From an uncultured Chloroflexia bacterium (GTDB taxonomy: Bacteria; Chloroflexota; Limnocylindria; Limnocylindrales; CSP1-4): a DNA stretch of 64,000 nucleotides. The position numbers and the translations under genes are program-made. This document shows, one piece after another, positions 9,877-18,978 of the stretch (position 1 is the stretch's first letter; each line of letters begins with the position of its first letter). The DNA lies in assembly GCA_963704145.1 (NCBI GenBank), contig CAVPHB010000002.1:259878-323877 (forward strand), written 5' to 3'. Below the pieces are notes generated by a model. The model did no database searches. It saw nothing but the letters and a program-made list of their open reading frames with translations, and was not told the origin of the DNA.

Positions 9877-9913
9877 TCAAAAGTCCCCTGCTCTGCCGCT
9901 GAGCTACCGGCCC
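9877..9913 (-). other. tRNA-like 5' half: acceptor 5' strand, D arm and 5' anticodon stem/loop. Not a complete tRNA.
   Basis: The minus strand reads GGGCCGG TA GCTC AGCGGCA GAGC A GGGGA CTTTTGA. The D arm is textbook. The next bases (GCCTG...) do not pair with GGGGA, and no T arm or 3' acceptor strand follows. Confidence 0.3.
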
Positions 9914-10010
9914 GCGGCCCTATCTTCCCACGCTGTCGGCGAGACGATGGCCGCGCCGTGTCCTAAGGACCGATTGACGCCGGTCGAGGTAGTCGGGCTC
10001 GCGCCCTGAC

Positions 10011-12095
10011 TCAGTACCCCAGGGTGACGTACACCGTCGGGTTCGGATTGGCATCCTGGTTGAAAGACCAACCCGCTGTGGTCATGCACAGAGCGGCCCG
10101 GGGCAGGGTGGGGCCGAAATACGGGTACGAGTCCTGGATCGTTGCGATGATCGCGTCCCAGCCGGACACGAAGAACGTCTGCGTCCGGGTCGTCGGATCG
10201 GTCGAGCGGAGCGGGATGTTGCGCAGGATCGTCACATTGGGACACGATGCCAGTGACGGGCCGGTGGGGTCATCGAGGTAGGTGATCGTCAGCGTCACGG
10301 ACTTTCCGTCGGCGGCAATCTCGCCCGCCAGATCCTTGATCCGCGTTTCGGACGGCTGCTTCCCGAAGGTGCGCGGGCCCGTCGCCTGGACCTTCAGGTC
10401 GGCGAGATGCGTGTCGCGCACGAACGAGCCGGCGATATCCATCCGCACGGCGACGCCGACCGGCCCGCTCGGTCCGGCCGTCAGGCTCGGCGAGGCGGCC
10501 GCGACGAGATTCACCTTCAGCCGCACGAAGTTGAGATACGCCCAGACGTCGCCCGTCCGCCCATAGACGAGCACGCCGAGCGCGTTCTCGCCATCCTGGA
10601 GCTCAATCCTCTGCGAGCTCCCCCATGGGCCGAGCGGCGTCGCCGACGTTCCGCGATAGATCTGCATGGTTCGGTATGAGCTCATCATGAGTTGTACCGT
10701 CAACGTCTTCTCCGCCGTCCGATAGCCATCGACAAGCGTATCCAAAGAGTTATCGGCGGTGAGCGCGTCGAGTTCATACGGCGGGAAGACTGCGTCGCCC
10801 GCCGCTCCGGCCTTGAACTCTTCCCAGTGGGCCGCGATCCCCTCCTCCGAAGTCCTGGACCGCCATGGGAGGTACGTGAAGCGGGTGTAAAGTTTGCCTC
10901 CGTTGGCCAGGATCTCGGCCGCGTTCTCGCCCGAGCTATAGGGTCCGAGCTTCCCGGTCGCGGGGTCATAAGGGATCGTGCGCAGCCTGGCTGGATAGTT
11001 CGGGTCGGCTACGAAGAGCTGATCCTTCTCGACCCGATAGACGACCATCGCGTGCGCTACGTGCCTTGCGTCGTTCCCGATCCAGACCAGTTGGGGTTCG
11101 GCGCTCGTCGATATCGCAGCCCGGAACGTCTCATAGGTGGCCCTGTCGTTCGGCTCGTGCAGGAAGTTGCGGAAGTATTGGGAGCTGAAAGGGTTGGCGA
11201 CCGGGTCGACTTGCACGGCTGAGGCGAAGCGGTAGCCGTACGAGTCGTCAGGCCAGAAGTCCGGCGTCTTCGTGCCCTGACCGTTGTTGTCGTAGACGCC
11301 ATAAAGCCGATGCGCGGCCGCCTTTCGATACTGATTCACGTAGTACCAGATCGCGGTGCTGCTCTGCCCATTGCAGTGGCCGCCCGGTGCGACGTAGGAG
11401 CCGAAGTTGGTGAACTCCCAGTCGTCCTTGCCGGGCCGGAAACCGGAGTCGGCGGTGGTGGGCAAGACCGTCGAGTCGACCAGAGCGCCGAAAAGCGACG
11501 AGAAATGAGTGGCGCCGACGGTCAGGCTCGAACCGTCCTGGGATATCGGGATGAGCGGCGTGATCGTGCCGGCGGTGTCGTCGTACGAGAAGCCCATCGC
11601 CAACGCGCCGGCAGGGATCGCGGCCGACATGGTGAGGGTGACCAGCGCACTGAGCGCCGCCTCGCCGTCGTTGACGAGGTAGAGCGGCGTGATGGGCGTG
11701 ACGAGGCCGCCAAAGTCCGCGCCTGTGATGGTGGCCTGCTGGACGTGGAACGCGGTGTCGCCCGAGAGCGCGCCGTCGGGGATCGAGATACTGAGCCCGC
11801 TCGCCTCGAGGATGCCGCCGCCGGCGCCAATCGTCTGGCTGACGAGGTCTGTCGGTGACCCGAGCGTGAGGTGGCCCAGGGCCGGCACCGTCTCTTCATC
11901 AGCCGGGATGTCGCCCACCTCCTCCGGGACCGGAGGCGTGAGGTCGCCGGGGTCGCCGGCCGCGGGCGGCGTGGCGCCGACCGCCGTGCTCTCGGTCGGC
12001 GACCCGCCCGGCACAGGCGACACGGTGATGCAACCGCTGACGAGCATCACGACAAGCGCCACCGCGGCGGTTAGGGGGGCTTGACGCCGTTGCAT
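10011..12095 (-). CDS. Lipoprotein with a papain-like (C39/transglutaminase-like) Cys-His-Asp core and C-terminal beta-rich domains.
   Basis: 733-aa ORF. The probable start is ATG 12095 (MQRRQAPLTAAVALVVMLVSGC, with a lipobox). The candidate catalytic residues are GGHCNGQSSTAIWYY, VAHAMVVYRV and FVADPNYP, in papain-fold order. Confidence 0.8.
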   Translation of the reverse strand: MQRRQAPLTAAVALVVMLVSGCITVSPVPGGSPTESTAVGATPPAAGDPGDLTPPVPEEVGDIPADEETVPALGHLTLGSPTDLVSQTIGAGGGILEASGLSISIPDGALSGDTAFHVQQATITGADFGGLVTPITPLYLVNDGEAALSALVTLTMSAAIPAGALAMGFSYDDTAGTITPLIPISQDGSSLTVGATHFSSLFGALVDSTVLPTTADSGFRPGKDDWEFTNFGSYVAPGGHCNGQSSTAIWYYVNQYRKAAAHRLYGVYDNNGQGTKTPDFWPDDSYGYRFASAVQVDPVANPFSSQYFRNFLHEPNDRATYETFRAAISTSAEPQLVWIGNDARHVAHAMVVYRVEKDQLFVADPNYPARLRTIPYDPATGKLGPYSSGENAAEILANGGKLYTRFTYLPWRSRTSEEGIAAHWEEFKAGAAGDAVFPPYELDALTADNSLDTLVDGYRTAEKTLTVQLMMSSYRTMQIYRGTSATPLGPWGSSQRIELQDGENALGVLVYGRTGDVWAYLNFVRLKVNLVAAASPSLTAGPSGPVGVAVRMDIAGSFVRDTHLADLKVQATGPRTFGKQPSETRIKDLAGEIAADGKSVTLTITYLDDPTGPSLASCPNVTILRNIPLRSTDPTTRTQTFFVSGWDAIIATIQDSYPYFGPTLPRAALCMTTAGWSFNQDANPNPTVYVTLGY

Positions 12096-12205
12096 CGCGC
12101 CCGACGGTCGGCGCAATCCCGGTTCGCCGCAAGTGCCGTTCGGCTCGTTCGGCTCGTTCGGGCCGGCCGTCCCGAGCGGACACCCCTCCGCTCGCTCACC
12201 GTGGC

Positions 12206-12345
12206 TTACCACCCGTCGTTGAGCTGGATCGTCGGCACGCTGCTCCAGGGGCCGAGCGGCGTCGATGACGTACCCGGAAAGACCTTTGTCGCCACGTCGT
12301 TGCCCTGCGACGGGACGTAGGCGAACCCCATGTAGACGGTCGCAG
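12206..12345 (-). pseudogene. Relic copy of an internal segment of the neighbouring lipoprotein.
   Basis: The tail of the 122-aa ORF (ATVYMGFAYVPSQGNDVATKVFPGTSSTPLGPWSSVPTIQLNDGW) aligns with LTVQLMMSSYRTMQIYRGTSATPLGPWGSSQRIELQDGE of 10011..12095. The upstream part of that ORF is antisense to a PT linker. Confidence 0.35.
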
Positions 12346-12347
12346 CA

Positions 12348-12851
12348 TTGGCAGCGATGTCAGTCGCGTTCTCACCGCAGCTACGGCCCGCGCCGACCGC
12401 GACCGCGCTGTCCAGCGCGTCGCCAAGCCCCACGAATACGCCGTCGCCAAGCCCCACGAATACGCCGTCGCCAACCAACTCACCCGGTGCGTCGAGTACT
12501 CCGACGCCAACCGCGACCGCTTCGCTTCCAGCACAGCCACAGGCGCTCGCCATCGCCACGGGCGATGCGCACACCTGCGCCCTGCTGGGCGGCGGCGACG
12601 TCGCTTGCTGGGGCGATAACTTCTCCGGTCAGCTGGGCGACGGCTCGACGAATGACAGCTGGACGGCGGTCGAGGTGGCCGGTCTGAGCAATGCCACAGC
12701 CGTCAGCGCGGGTGGGTCGCACACCTGTGCCCTCTTGGCCGACGGCCGGATCAATTGCTGGGGCCAGAACTACCAAGGTCAGCTGGGCGACGGCTCGACC
12801 GATGACAGCGCGACGCCGGTCGAGGTGGTCGGCCTCGGCGGCGAGCCGTAA
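12348..12851 (+). CDS. RCC1-repeat fragment: a PT-rich linker plus about 2 blades. Probably a 5'-truncated relic.
   Basis: 167-aa ORF with two clear RCC1 blades: HTCALLGGGDVACWGDNFSGQLGDGSTNDSWTAVEV and HTCALLADGRINCWGQNYQGQLGDGSTDDSATPVEV. It has no signal peptide and too few blades for a full propeller. Confidence 0.55.
   Translation: MAAMSVAFSPQLRPAPTATALSSASPSPTNTPSPSPTNTPSPTNSPGASSTPTPTATASLPAQPQALAIATGDAHTCALLGGGDVACWGDNFSGQLGDGSTNDSWTAVEVAGLSNATAVSAGGSHTCALLADGRINCWGQNYQGQLGDGSTDDSATPVEVVGLGGEP
12421..12474 (+). repeat. Perfect 24-bp tandem repeat (2.25 copies) encoding the SPSPTNTP linker.
   Basis: cgccaagccccacgaatacgccgt occurs at 12421-12444 and again at 12445-12468, followed by cgccaa. 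Confidence 0.9.
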
Positions 12852-12879
12852 CCCGCACGGACCTGAGGCCCGACGCCAC

Positions 12880-15800
12880 CTAGCGACGGGCGGCTGCAGT
12901 GACCGTGGCTGCCGAGTCCGGCGAGCGCGCCAGGGCGGCGTCGAGGCGAGCGACGAACGGCGCGGCCTCGAGGCGCACGAGTATCTCGCGCGCGGCATCG
13001 GCCGCAGCACGCACATCCGGGTCCGCCGGATCGAGGAGGGTGGCCATGTCCACGCCACACAGGGCCTCGTCCCAAGCGAGGCCGAGATCACGCCATGCCC
13101 GCAGCGCTTCGCGGTAGAGCGGGAGCGCCTCGGCCGGCCGTCCCTCCAGCGCCGCGATGCCGGCGCGAAGGGTGACCCGGTCGGCCTCGATCGCCGGGCC
13201 GTGCAGCCCAGAGGCGTCAACGCCGGCGAGATCGGTCCGCGCTGCTGTGGCATCGCCGAGCCACAGGGCCGCGCGAGCACTCCGGGTGAGCGAGACCGGC
13301 CGGTACTCGGTGAGCAGCTCCGCCGTCCGCTGCCATGCCTCCCGGGCATCGGTGAGCCGGCCATCCCCGAAGGCGTATGCCGCGTTGGCCATCGCCAGCG
13401 CTCCCAGCAGGTTGGGGTCCGTGCCGGCGCCGACGAGGGCAGCCATCTCCTTGGTGACTGCATCCGCCGGCTCGCCGCGCAGGCCCTTGGGCAGCGCCGT
13501 CACCTGGAGCAAGGAGATCCTCTCCGACGTCTCGTGGTCCTCGGCGAGCGCAACGTCCAGCTCGGCAAGTGCCCAGGCCCAGTCGCCGATCCGGACCGCT
13601 GCCTCGACGCCGTTGGCCAGTGCGACCGCGGCCAGGCTGCGATGGCCGAGGCGGCGCGCCAGGGGAAGGCAGGCTCGGACGAGCTCGAGCGCGACGCGCG
13701 GATCGCGGCTGCCCTCGATGCTGGAGCGGTTGAGGGAGGCCCGCACGGCGGTGCGGCCCAAGCCATGCGATTCGGCGACGGCCTGGCCGGCGGCGATGGC
13801 CCCGAGGCCCTCGATCTGCCGGCCGATGCTGGCGAGCGACGAGCCCTTGGTGATGAGCAGGTCGGCCACGATCGCTGCGAGGTTGGCGTGCTCGGCGGCC
13901 GCCAATGCCCGGTCGGCCGTGGTGATTGCGCGCGGATGGTCGTCGGCCAGGAAATACGCCCGGGCGAGCTGGCCGCCCAGGGCGATGACGGCCGGTTCGG
14001 CGGGCAGATCGGCGAACTCCGCTGCGGCCGACTCGAGCAAGGCGACCGCGTCCATGGTCTGGCGCGACGTGTTCAGAGCGCGCCCAAGGGCCATCGTCGC
14101 GCGGGCGATGCCGGGACGATCGCCGAGCGCCCGCTGCGCCTCCACCGCAGCTCTGAGGTGCCGCTGTGCGGCGTCATGACGGCCCGTCTCCCAGGCCGCC
14201 TCCCCCGCCAACTCGAGCAGCTCGGCGCGATCTGCCGGTTCGGTCGTGACGCCCAGCGCCTGCTCGTGGAGCGCCATGGCCTGCTCATGGGAACCCAATG
14301 CGGAGGCTCGGTCCGCGGCGGCCCGGAGCGAGACGCGAGCCTGCGCACCGAGCGCGTCCGCCTCCGGACCGTCGGCCGCGTTCTCGCGCGCGGCGAGGTA
14401 GTGGCCGGCGAGAGCGGCAGCGATCTCGTCGGTGCCGAGCGATTCGAAGTAGCGCGCCGCGGCGAGATGGAGCTTCTTGCGGTCACGCTTGGCCAGCGTG
14501 TTGTAGGCGACCTCGCGGATCAGTGCCTGCACAAAGACGTACTGGCCCCTCTCCGGGCTGCGCGGATCTGTTTCGCGGGCGAACAGCTCGCCGCGTACCA
14601 GCCCCTTCAGACGGGCTTCCAGGGTGGACTCGTCGACGCCCGATATCTCCGACAGGGCCGCCGACGTGAAACTCTGGCCGAGGACCGCGGCGTGGAGCAC
14701 CAGCGCCCGGTCGCCGGGATCGAGGCCGTCGAGGCGGGCGGCGATGAGGGCGGTCAGCGTCTCGGGCACGGCCAGCGCGGATAGGTCTCCCGTCGGCGTG
14801 TAGGTCCCGTCGCCGGCAGCCTGCAGCCGCCCTTCGGCCACCAGCATGCGCACCGTCTCGACCGCATAGAGCGGGATCCCCTCCGCCCGGGCGACCACGG
14901 CGCCGACGGCGGCTGCCGGCAGGCCCGGAATGAGCCCGGCCAGCAGCTCGCGCATTGCCGGCTCGGGCAACGGCTCGAGATAAAGGCTGGTGAAGTTGCG
15001 CCGGCCCGCGCCCCAGTCGGTTCGTCGGTCGATGAGTTCTGGCCGGGCGAGGGTGACGACGTAGAGCGGTATGGCGCTGCTCCACTCGAGCAGGTGGTCG
15101 ATGAAGTCGAGCGTGCCCGTGTCCGCCCAGTGGAGGTCCTCGAAGACGAGCACGACCGGCTGGATCGCGGCGAGGCGTTCGAAGACGGTCCGCCACGCGC
15201 CGAAGAGCTGCTCGGAGCCGATCCCCGCCTGGATGCCCAACAGGACCAGCATCGCCGGCTCGACCCAGCGTCGCTCCGCCTCGCTGATCGCGAGCGTGTC
15301 GAGCAGCGTGCCGACTGCGGCGCGGGTCGTCCGCTCGTCGTCGCCCTCGGCCAGCCCGGCCCGGGCGCGCATCATCTCGGCGAGCGCCCAGAAGGTGACG
15401 CCCTCGCCGTAGGCGGGCGAGCGGCCGCGGTGCCACCACACGCCGCCGACGATCCCGTCGATGTACTTCTCGAACTCCCAGACCAGGCGGCTCTTGCCGA
15501 TGCCGCCGATGCCGGTGACCGAGACGAGGCGCGTGCGACCTTCGCGCACGGTGGCATGGAAGAGGTCCTTGATCAGCCGTAGCTCGTCATCGCGCCCGAC
15601 GAACGGCGCCTCGAGCGTGTCCGATCGCCCGCGGCTGCCAACCTCGGCCACTACGCGCACGGCGCGCCACGCCGACACGGGGGCGACCTTGCCCTTGAGA
15701 ACCTGCTCGCCCGCCGGCTCGAAGATGATCGCGCTCGAGGCAGCCCGTTGGGTTGCCTCGCCGACCAGCACGGTGCCCGGCAGCGCAACCGACTGGAGCC

Positions 15801-16398
15801 GGGCGGCGGTGTTCACGATGTCGCCCGCGACCATGCCCTGGTTCGTCGCCCCCAGCGTCACCGCCGCTTCGCCGGTCAGCACGCCCGCCCGCGCGCTGAT
15901 GCCGGGACCCACGCTGCGCACGGCGTCGACTAGGTCAAGCGCCGCCCGGACGCTGCGCTCGGCATCGTCCTCGCGCGCGATCGGCGCGCCCCACACGGCC
16001 ATGACCGCATCGCCGATGAACTTCTCGACGGTCCCGCCGTAGCGGCGGACCACCTCCGTGGCAAGGTCGAAATAGCGCGTCAGCGTCTCCCGGACCTCCT
16101 CGCTGTCGCGCTCCTCGGCGAAGGGTGTGAAGCCGACCAGGTCCGCGAACAAGACCGAAACGAGCCGGCGCTCAGCCACGGCGCCGCCGAGCGATGCCGC
16201 GGCCACCGGCCGCGAGGCCGGCCCGGGGGAAGCGGTCGCGGCCGTGTCAGTCAGCGGTGTGGCGCATTCGCCGCAGAATTTCTCGCCCGGCTGGTTCGCG
16301 GCGCCACACGAGGGGCAAGCGGCGGCCAGGGGCGAGGCGCACTCGGAGCAGAACTTGCGGCCCGGCCGATTCTCAGTGCCGCAGTTCGGACAGATCAC
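12880..16398 (-). CDS. Double zinc-ribbon + class III adenylate/guanylate cyclase + AAA/STAND-type ATPase + TPR-like regulator.
   Basis: Intact 1172-aa ORF. It has CPNCG...CSEC/CPSCG...CGEC zinc ribbons, a cyclase core (VLFADLVGFT...KFIGDAVMAVWGAP...GDIVNTAARL), a P-loop (GIGGIGKSRL) and a long helical-repeat C-terminus. Confidence 0.95.
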   Translation of the reverse strand: MICPNCGTENRPGRKFCSECASPLAAACPSCGAANQPGEKFCGECATPLTDTAATASPGPASRPVAAASLGGAVAERRLVSVLFADLVGFTPFAEERDSEEVRETLTRYFDLATEVVRRYGGTVEKFIGDAVMAVWGAPIAREDDAERSVRAALDLVDAVRSVGPGISARAGVLTGEAAVTLGATNQGMVAGDIVNTAARLQSVALPGTVLVGEATQRAASSAIIFEPAGEQVLKGKVAPVSAWRAVRVVAEVGSRGRSDTLEAPFVGRDDELRLIKDLFHATVREGRTRLVSVTGIGGIGKSRLVWEFEKYIDGIVGGVWWHRGRSPAYGEGVTFWALAEMMRARAGLAEGDDERTTRAAVGTLLDTLAISEAERRWVEPAMLVLLGIQAGIGSEQLFGAWRTVFERLAAIQPVVLVFEDLHWADTGTLDFIDHLLEWSSAIPLYVVTLARPELIDRRTDWGAGRRNFTSLYLEPLPEPAMRELLAGLIPGLPAAAVGAVVARAEGIPLYAVETVRMLVAEGRLQAAGDGTYTPTGDLSALAVPETLTALIAARLDGLDPGDRALVLHAAVLGQSFTSAALSEISGVDESTLEARLKGLVRGELFARETDPRSPERGQYVFVQALIREVAYNTLAKRDRKKLHLAAARYFESLGTDEIAAALAGHYLAARENAADGPEADALGAQARVSLRAAADRASALGSHEQAMALHEQALGVTTEPADRAELLELAGEAAWETGRHDAAQRHLRAAVEAQRALGDRPGIARATMALGRALNTSRQTMDAVALLESAAAEFADLPAEPAVIALGGQLARAYFLADDHPRAITTADRALAAAEHANLAAIVADLLITKGSSLASIGRQIEGLGAIAAGQAVAESHGLGRTAVRASLNRSSIEGSRDPRVALELVRACLPLARRLGHRSLAAVALANGVEAAVRIGDWAWALAELDVALAEDHETSERISLLQVTALPKGLRGEPADAVTKEMAALVGAGTDPNLLGALAMANAAYAFGDGRLTDAREAWQRTAELLTEYRPVSLTRSARAALWLGDATAARTDLAGVDASGLHGPAIEADRVTLRAGIAALEGRPAEALPLYREALRAWRDLGLAWDEALCGVDMATLLDPADPDVRAAADAAREILVRLEAAPFVARLDAALARSPDSAATVTAAARR

Positions 16399-16711
16399 GC
16401 GTGAGCCTCAGGCGATGGGATTGGCGGAGAGTAGCAGCAGGTGGGCATGGTTCTGATATGCGCAGGGTCATCGCGCCAGACTGTCGAGCGTTGGCGTGCC
16501 AGCTCGAGCCCGGCGCCAACGGCCTCTGTCAGCGAGGCCGCGAGGGCCTGCGGGGCGCGACGACGGTCACCGTCAAGGACCGCGTCGTAACAGCCGATAA
16601 CCGTGCCCGTTTCGCTCCAGTCGCCACACTGCGTGCCACAGCGTTCACGCCGGGCACTCGCTTGAGCTTCGATCGTTTGTGCCATCCGACCCATCAAGTC
16701 GAGCCGGCTCA
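16395..16711 (-). CDS. Small hypothetical protein upstream of the cyclase gene.
   Basis: The ATG at 16711 (MSRLDLMGRMAQTIEAQ...) lies inside the 135-aa track ORF. Its stop overlaps the cyclase ATG by 4 nt. No family recognised, and the codon bias is only moderate. Confidence 0.3.
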
Positions 16712-16746
16712 TTCTGGGCCCGGCGCCTGCCTCCTTCGCGCAAGCG

Positions 16747-17418
16747 CTAGACCGGGTGACGCGGCATGGCAGCGCTCGCCACGAGCGCGGCGTAGGCGCC
16801 ATCTCGATCGTCGGCCGAGGCGAAGCTGAGGGTCAGGTCGCCGGCAGCCACCCGCAGGACGAGCGCCGGTTCGGAACCGGACAATCGATGGAGTCGGCCG
16901 ACTTCGACACTCGACTTGGCCGAGTGCAGGCGAAGGGGTCGCGCTTCGCCACCTGAGAAACGCAGTCGAACCGGCGCTCCAGGATCGAGTTCGAGAGTGC
17001 CCGGCGTGCCATCGCGGGCAGGCGGCCAATCCTCCCGAACACCGACGCTAAGCCGTCTGGGCGGAGACGCAATGGGCCGCGGCTCATCACTGAATAAGAC
17101 CGGATAGGAGGCGTGCGCGAACAGAACGACCAGGACGACGCAAGTCGCGAGGGTTATGGCAATCCAGGGTGGACTCTGCTCGCTCGCCAATACCGGATCG
17201 GCGCGCAATTGGCCCACCCAGCCGAAATCGTCGCGCGCCCGGCCGGCGCCACCAGTCAGGGTGCCACTGACCGTCGTCTCGCCCTCCGGGAGTTCGACCG
17301 GACTCAATATGTGTGGTAACGCAATCGGGACGGCGGGGTCGGTCAGGACGTACTGGCGGCCAGCGGCCGCAGACGACTCGGCGCGAACGTCGCCGCTCAC
17401 GATGATCCAGGTCTGCAT
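16747..17418 (-). CDS. Hypothetical single-pass membrane protein.
   Basis: 223-aa ORF with one central TM helix (PPWIAITLATCVVLVVLFAHA). An in-frame TGA lies 27 codons upstream of the ATG, with no start codon between them. It is on the same strand as the cyclase gene and directly upstream of it. Confidence 0.55.
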   Translation of the reverse strand: MQTWIIVSGDVRAESSAAAGRQYVLTDPAVPIALPHILSPVELPEGETTVSGTLTGGAGRARDDFGWVGQLRADPVLASEQSPPWIAITLATCVVLVVLFAHASYPVLFSDEPRPIASPPRRLSVGVREDWPPARDGTPGTLELDPGAPVRLRFSGGEARPLRLHSAKSSVEVGRLHRLSGSEPALVLRVAAGDLTLSFASADDRDGAYAALVASAAMPRHPV

Positions 17419-17631
17419 CGGTGCGAGCCCGCCGGCAGCGAGCTCAGCCCTGGTGACGCGCGTCCCGTCAAGCCGACGCGGCGCAGGGCTGCCGATCGAT
17501 CACGCCCTGCGCTCCGAACGGACCTGCCTGCTCTGCCACGACATCCTGTATTCCGGCACATCACCGACGGCCACGCCGGGGGCGCAGTCGGTGACGCCGG
17601 TCACGCGCTGGCCGCTTGAGTTGCGCGGCTC

Positions 17632-18978
17632 CTAGCTCGACGCGGCGCCGGCCGGCCGGCGGGCCTTGGCGACCAGCGGCTCGAGCAGCTCGGCCAGTGG
17701 CGTGCCGCCGACCTGCTTGAGCTCGTAGCGCACGCGCGTGACCGGCTTGTTGAGCTGCAGCACGCGGGTGATGTCGATCGGCGTCGCCGACAGCACCAGG
17801 TCGGCGTCGGCGGCGTTGAGCGTGGCCTCCAGCTCGTGCATCTGGTCGGTGCCGTAGCCCATCGCCGGAACCAGCGGCTCGAGCGCCGGGTAGCGCTCGA
17901 GCACCTCGCGGATGGTGCCCACCGCGCCCGGCCGCGGATCGACCATTCCGGCCGCGCCGAAGCGCCGCGCGGCCACAACACCCGCCCCGTAGGTCATCTC
18001 ACCGTGGGTCAGCGTTGGGCCGTCCTCGACGACGATGACGCGCTTGCCCTCGATCGGCTCGCCGTGGAGCGTCAGCTCGGACTCTGCCTTGACGATCTGG
18101 GCGCGTGGGTTCAGCTCGCACAGGCTCGCCTCCACCTCGGCCAGCGTTTTGGGCTCGGCCGAGTCGACCTTGTTGATGATCAGCACGTCGGCCATGCGCA
18201 CGTTGGTCTCGCCCGGGTGGTAGCTGCGCTCGGTGCCCGGCCGAAGTGGGTCGGCGACGACCACGAACAGGTCGGGCCGGTAGAACGGGAAGTCGTTGTT
18301 GCCGCCGTCCCACAGGATGACGTCGGCCTCCTCCTGCGCGTCGCGCAGGATGTCGCCGTAGTCGACCCCGGCATAGACGATGCGCCCGGCATCGAGATGC
18401 GGTTCGTACTCCTCGCGCTCCTCGATCGTGGTCTCGTAGCGCGCCAGGTCGTCGTGTGTCGCGTAGCGCTGGACGCGCTGGGCGACCAGGTCGCCGTACG
18501 GCATCGGGTGGCGGATGACGACCGGCTCGAGCCCCTGCTCGGCGAGCACGTGGGCCAGGTAGCGCGTGGTCTGGCTCTTGCCCGCACCGGTGCGCGTGGC
18601 ACCCACGGCCAGCACCGGGCGTGAGCTCGGGAGCATCGTCCGGCGCGGGCCGAGCAGCTCGAAGTTCGCTCCGGCGGCCATGGCGCGCGACGCGGCGTGC
18701 ATCACCGTTGCGTGGCTGACGTCGCTGTAGGCGAAGACGACCAGGTCGACCGCCTCGACCCGGACGAGCCGTTCCAGCTCGGCCTCGGGCACGATCGGAA
18801 TGCCGTCCGAATAGAGCGGTCCGGCAAGCTCGGGCGGATACAGGCGGCCGGCGATGCCCGGGATCTGGGTGGCAGTGAAACAGACCACCTCGAAGGCCGG
18901 GTCGTCGCGGTAGACGACGTTGAAGTTGTGGAAGTCGCGCCCGGCGGCGCCCATGATCACGACACGGGTGCGATCCAT
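17632..18978 (-). CDS. Cyclic 2,3-diphosphoglycerate synthetase-like P-loop protein.
   Basis: Intact 448-aa ORF with a Walker A motif (GATRTGAGKSQTT). The overall layout matches the cPGS-like family as I remember it. The start ATG abuts the stop of the upstream gene (TAGATG). Confidence 0.85.
   Translation of the reverse strand: MDRTRVVIMGAAGRDFHNFNVVYRDDPAFEVVCFTATQIPGIAGRLYPPELAGPLYSDGIPIVPEAELERLVRVEAVDLVVFAYSDVSHATVMHAASRAMAAGANFELLGPRRTMLPSSRPVLAVGATRTGAGKSQTTRYLAHVLAEQGLEPVVIRHPMPYGDLVAQRVQRYATHDDLARYETTIEEREEYEPHLDAGRIVYAGVDYGDILRDAQEEADVILWDGGNNDFPFYRPDLFVVVADPLRPGTERSYHPGETNVRMADVLIINKVDSAEPKTLAEVEASLCELNPRAQIVKAESELTLHGEPIEGKRVIVVEDGPTLTHGEMTYGAGVVAARRFGAAGMVDPRPGAVGTIREVLERYPALEPLVPAMGYGTDQMHELEATLNAADADLVLSATPIDITRVLQLNKPVTRVRYELKQVGGTPLAELLEPLVAKARRPAGAASS

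Noticed and set aside
9877-9913. Complete tRNA-Lys(UUU) gene
   Set aside because: The 3' anticodon stem, T arm and 3' acceptor strand are all absent. A GGGCCGG match near 9669 has no T arm next to it, so an intron-split tRNA is not supported.
12140-12170. 9-bp repeat encoding PNEPNEPN at the 5' end of the 733-aa ORF
   Set aside because: It lies upstream of the lipoprotein signal peptide that starts at ATG 12095, so it is probably untranslated leader sequence rather than a coding repeat.
12691-14784. 697-aa plus-strand ORF
   Set aside because: It is antisense to the well-supported cyclase/ATPase gene. Its composition is Arg/Gly/Ala-rich and it has no motifs. This is the typical shadow ORF of a high-GC gene.
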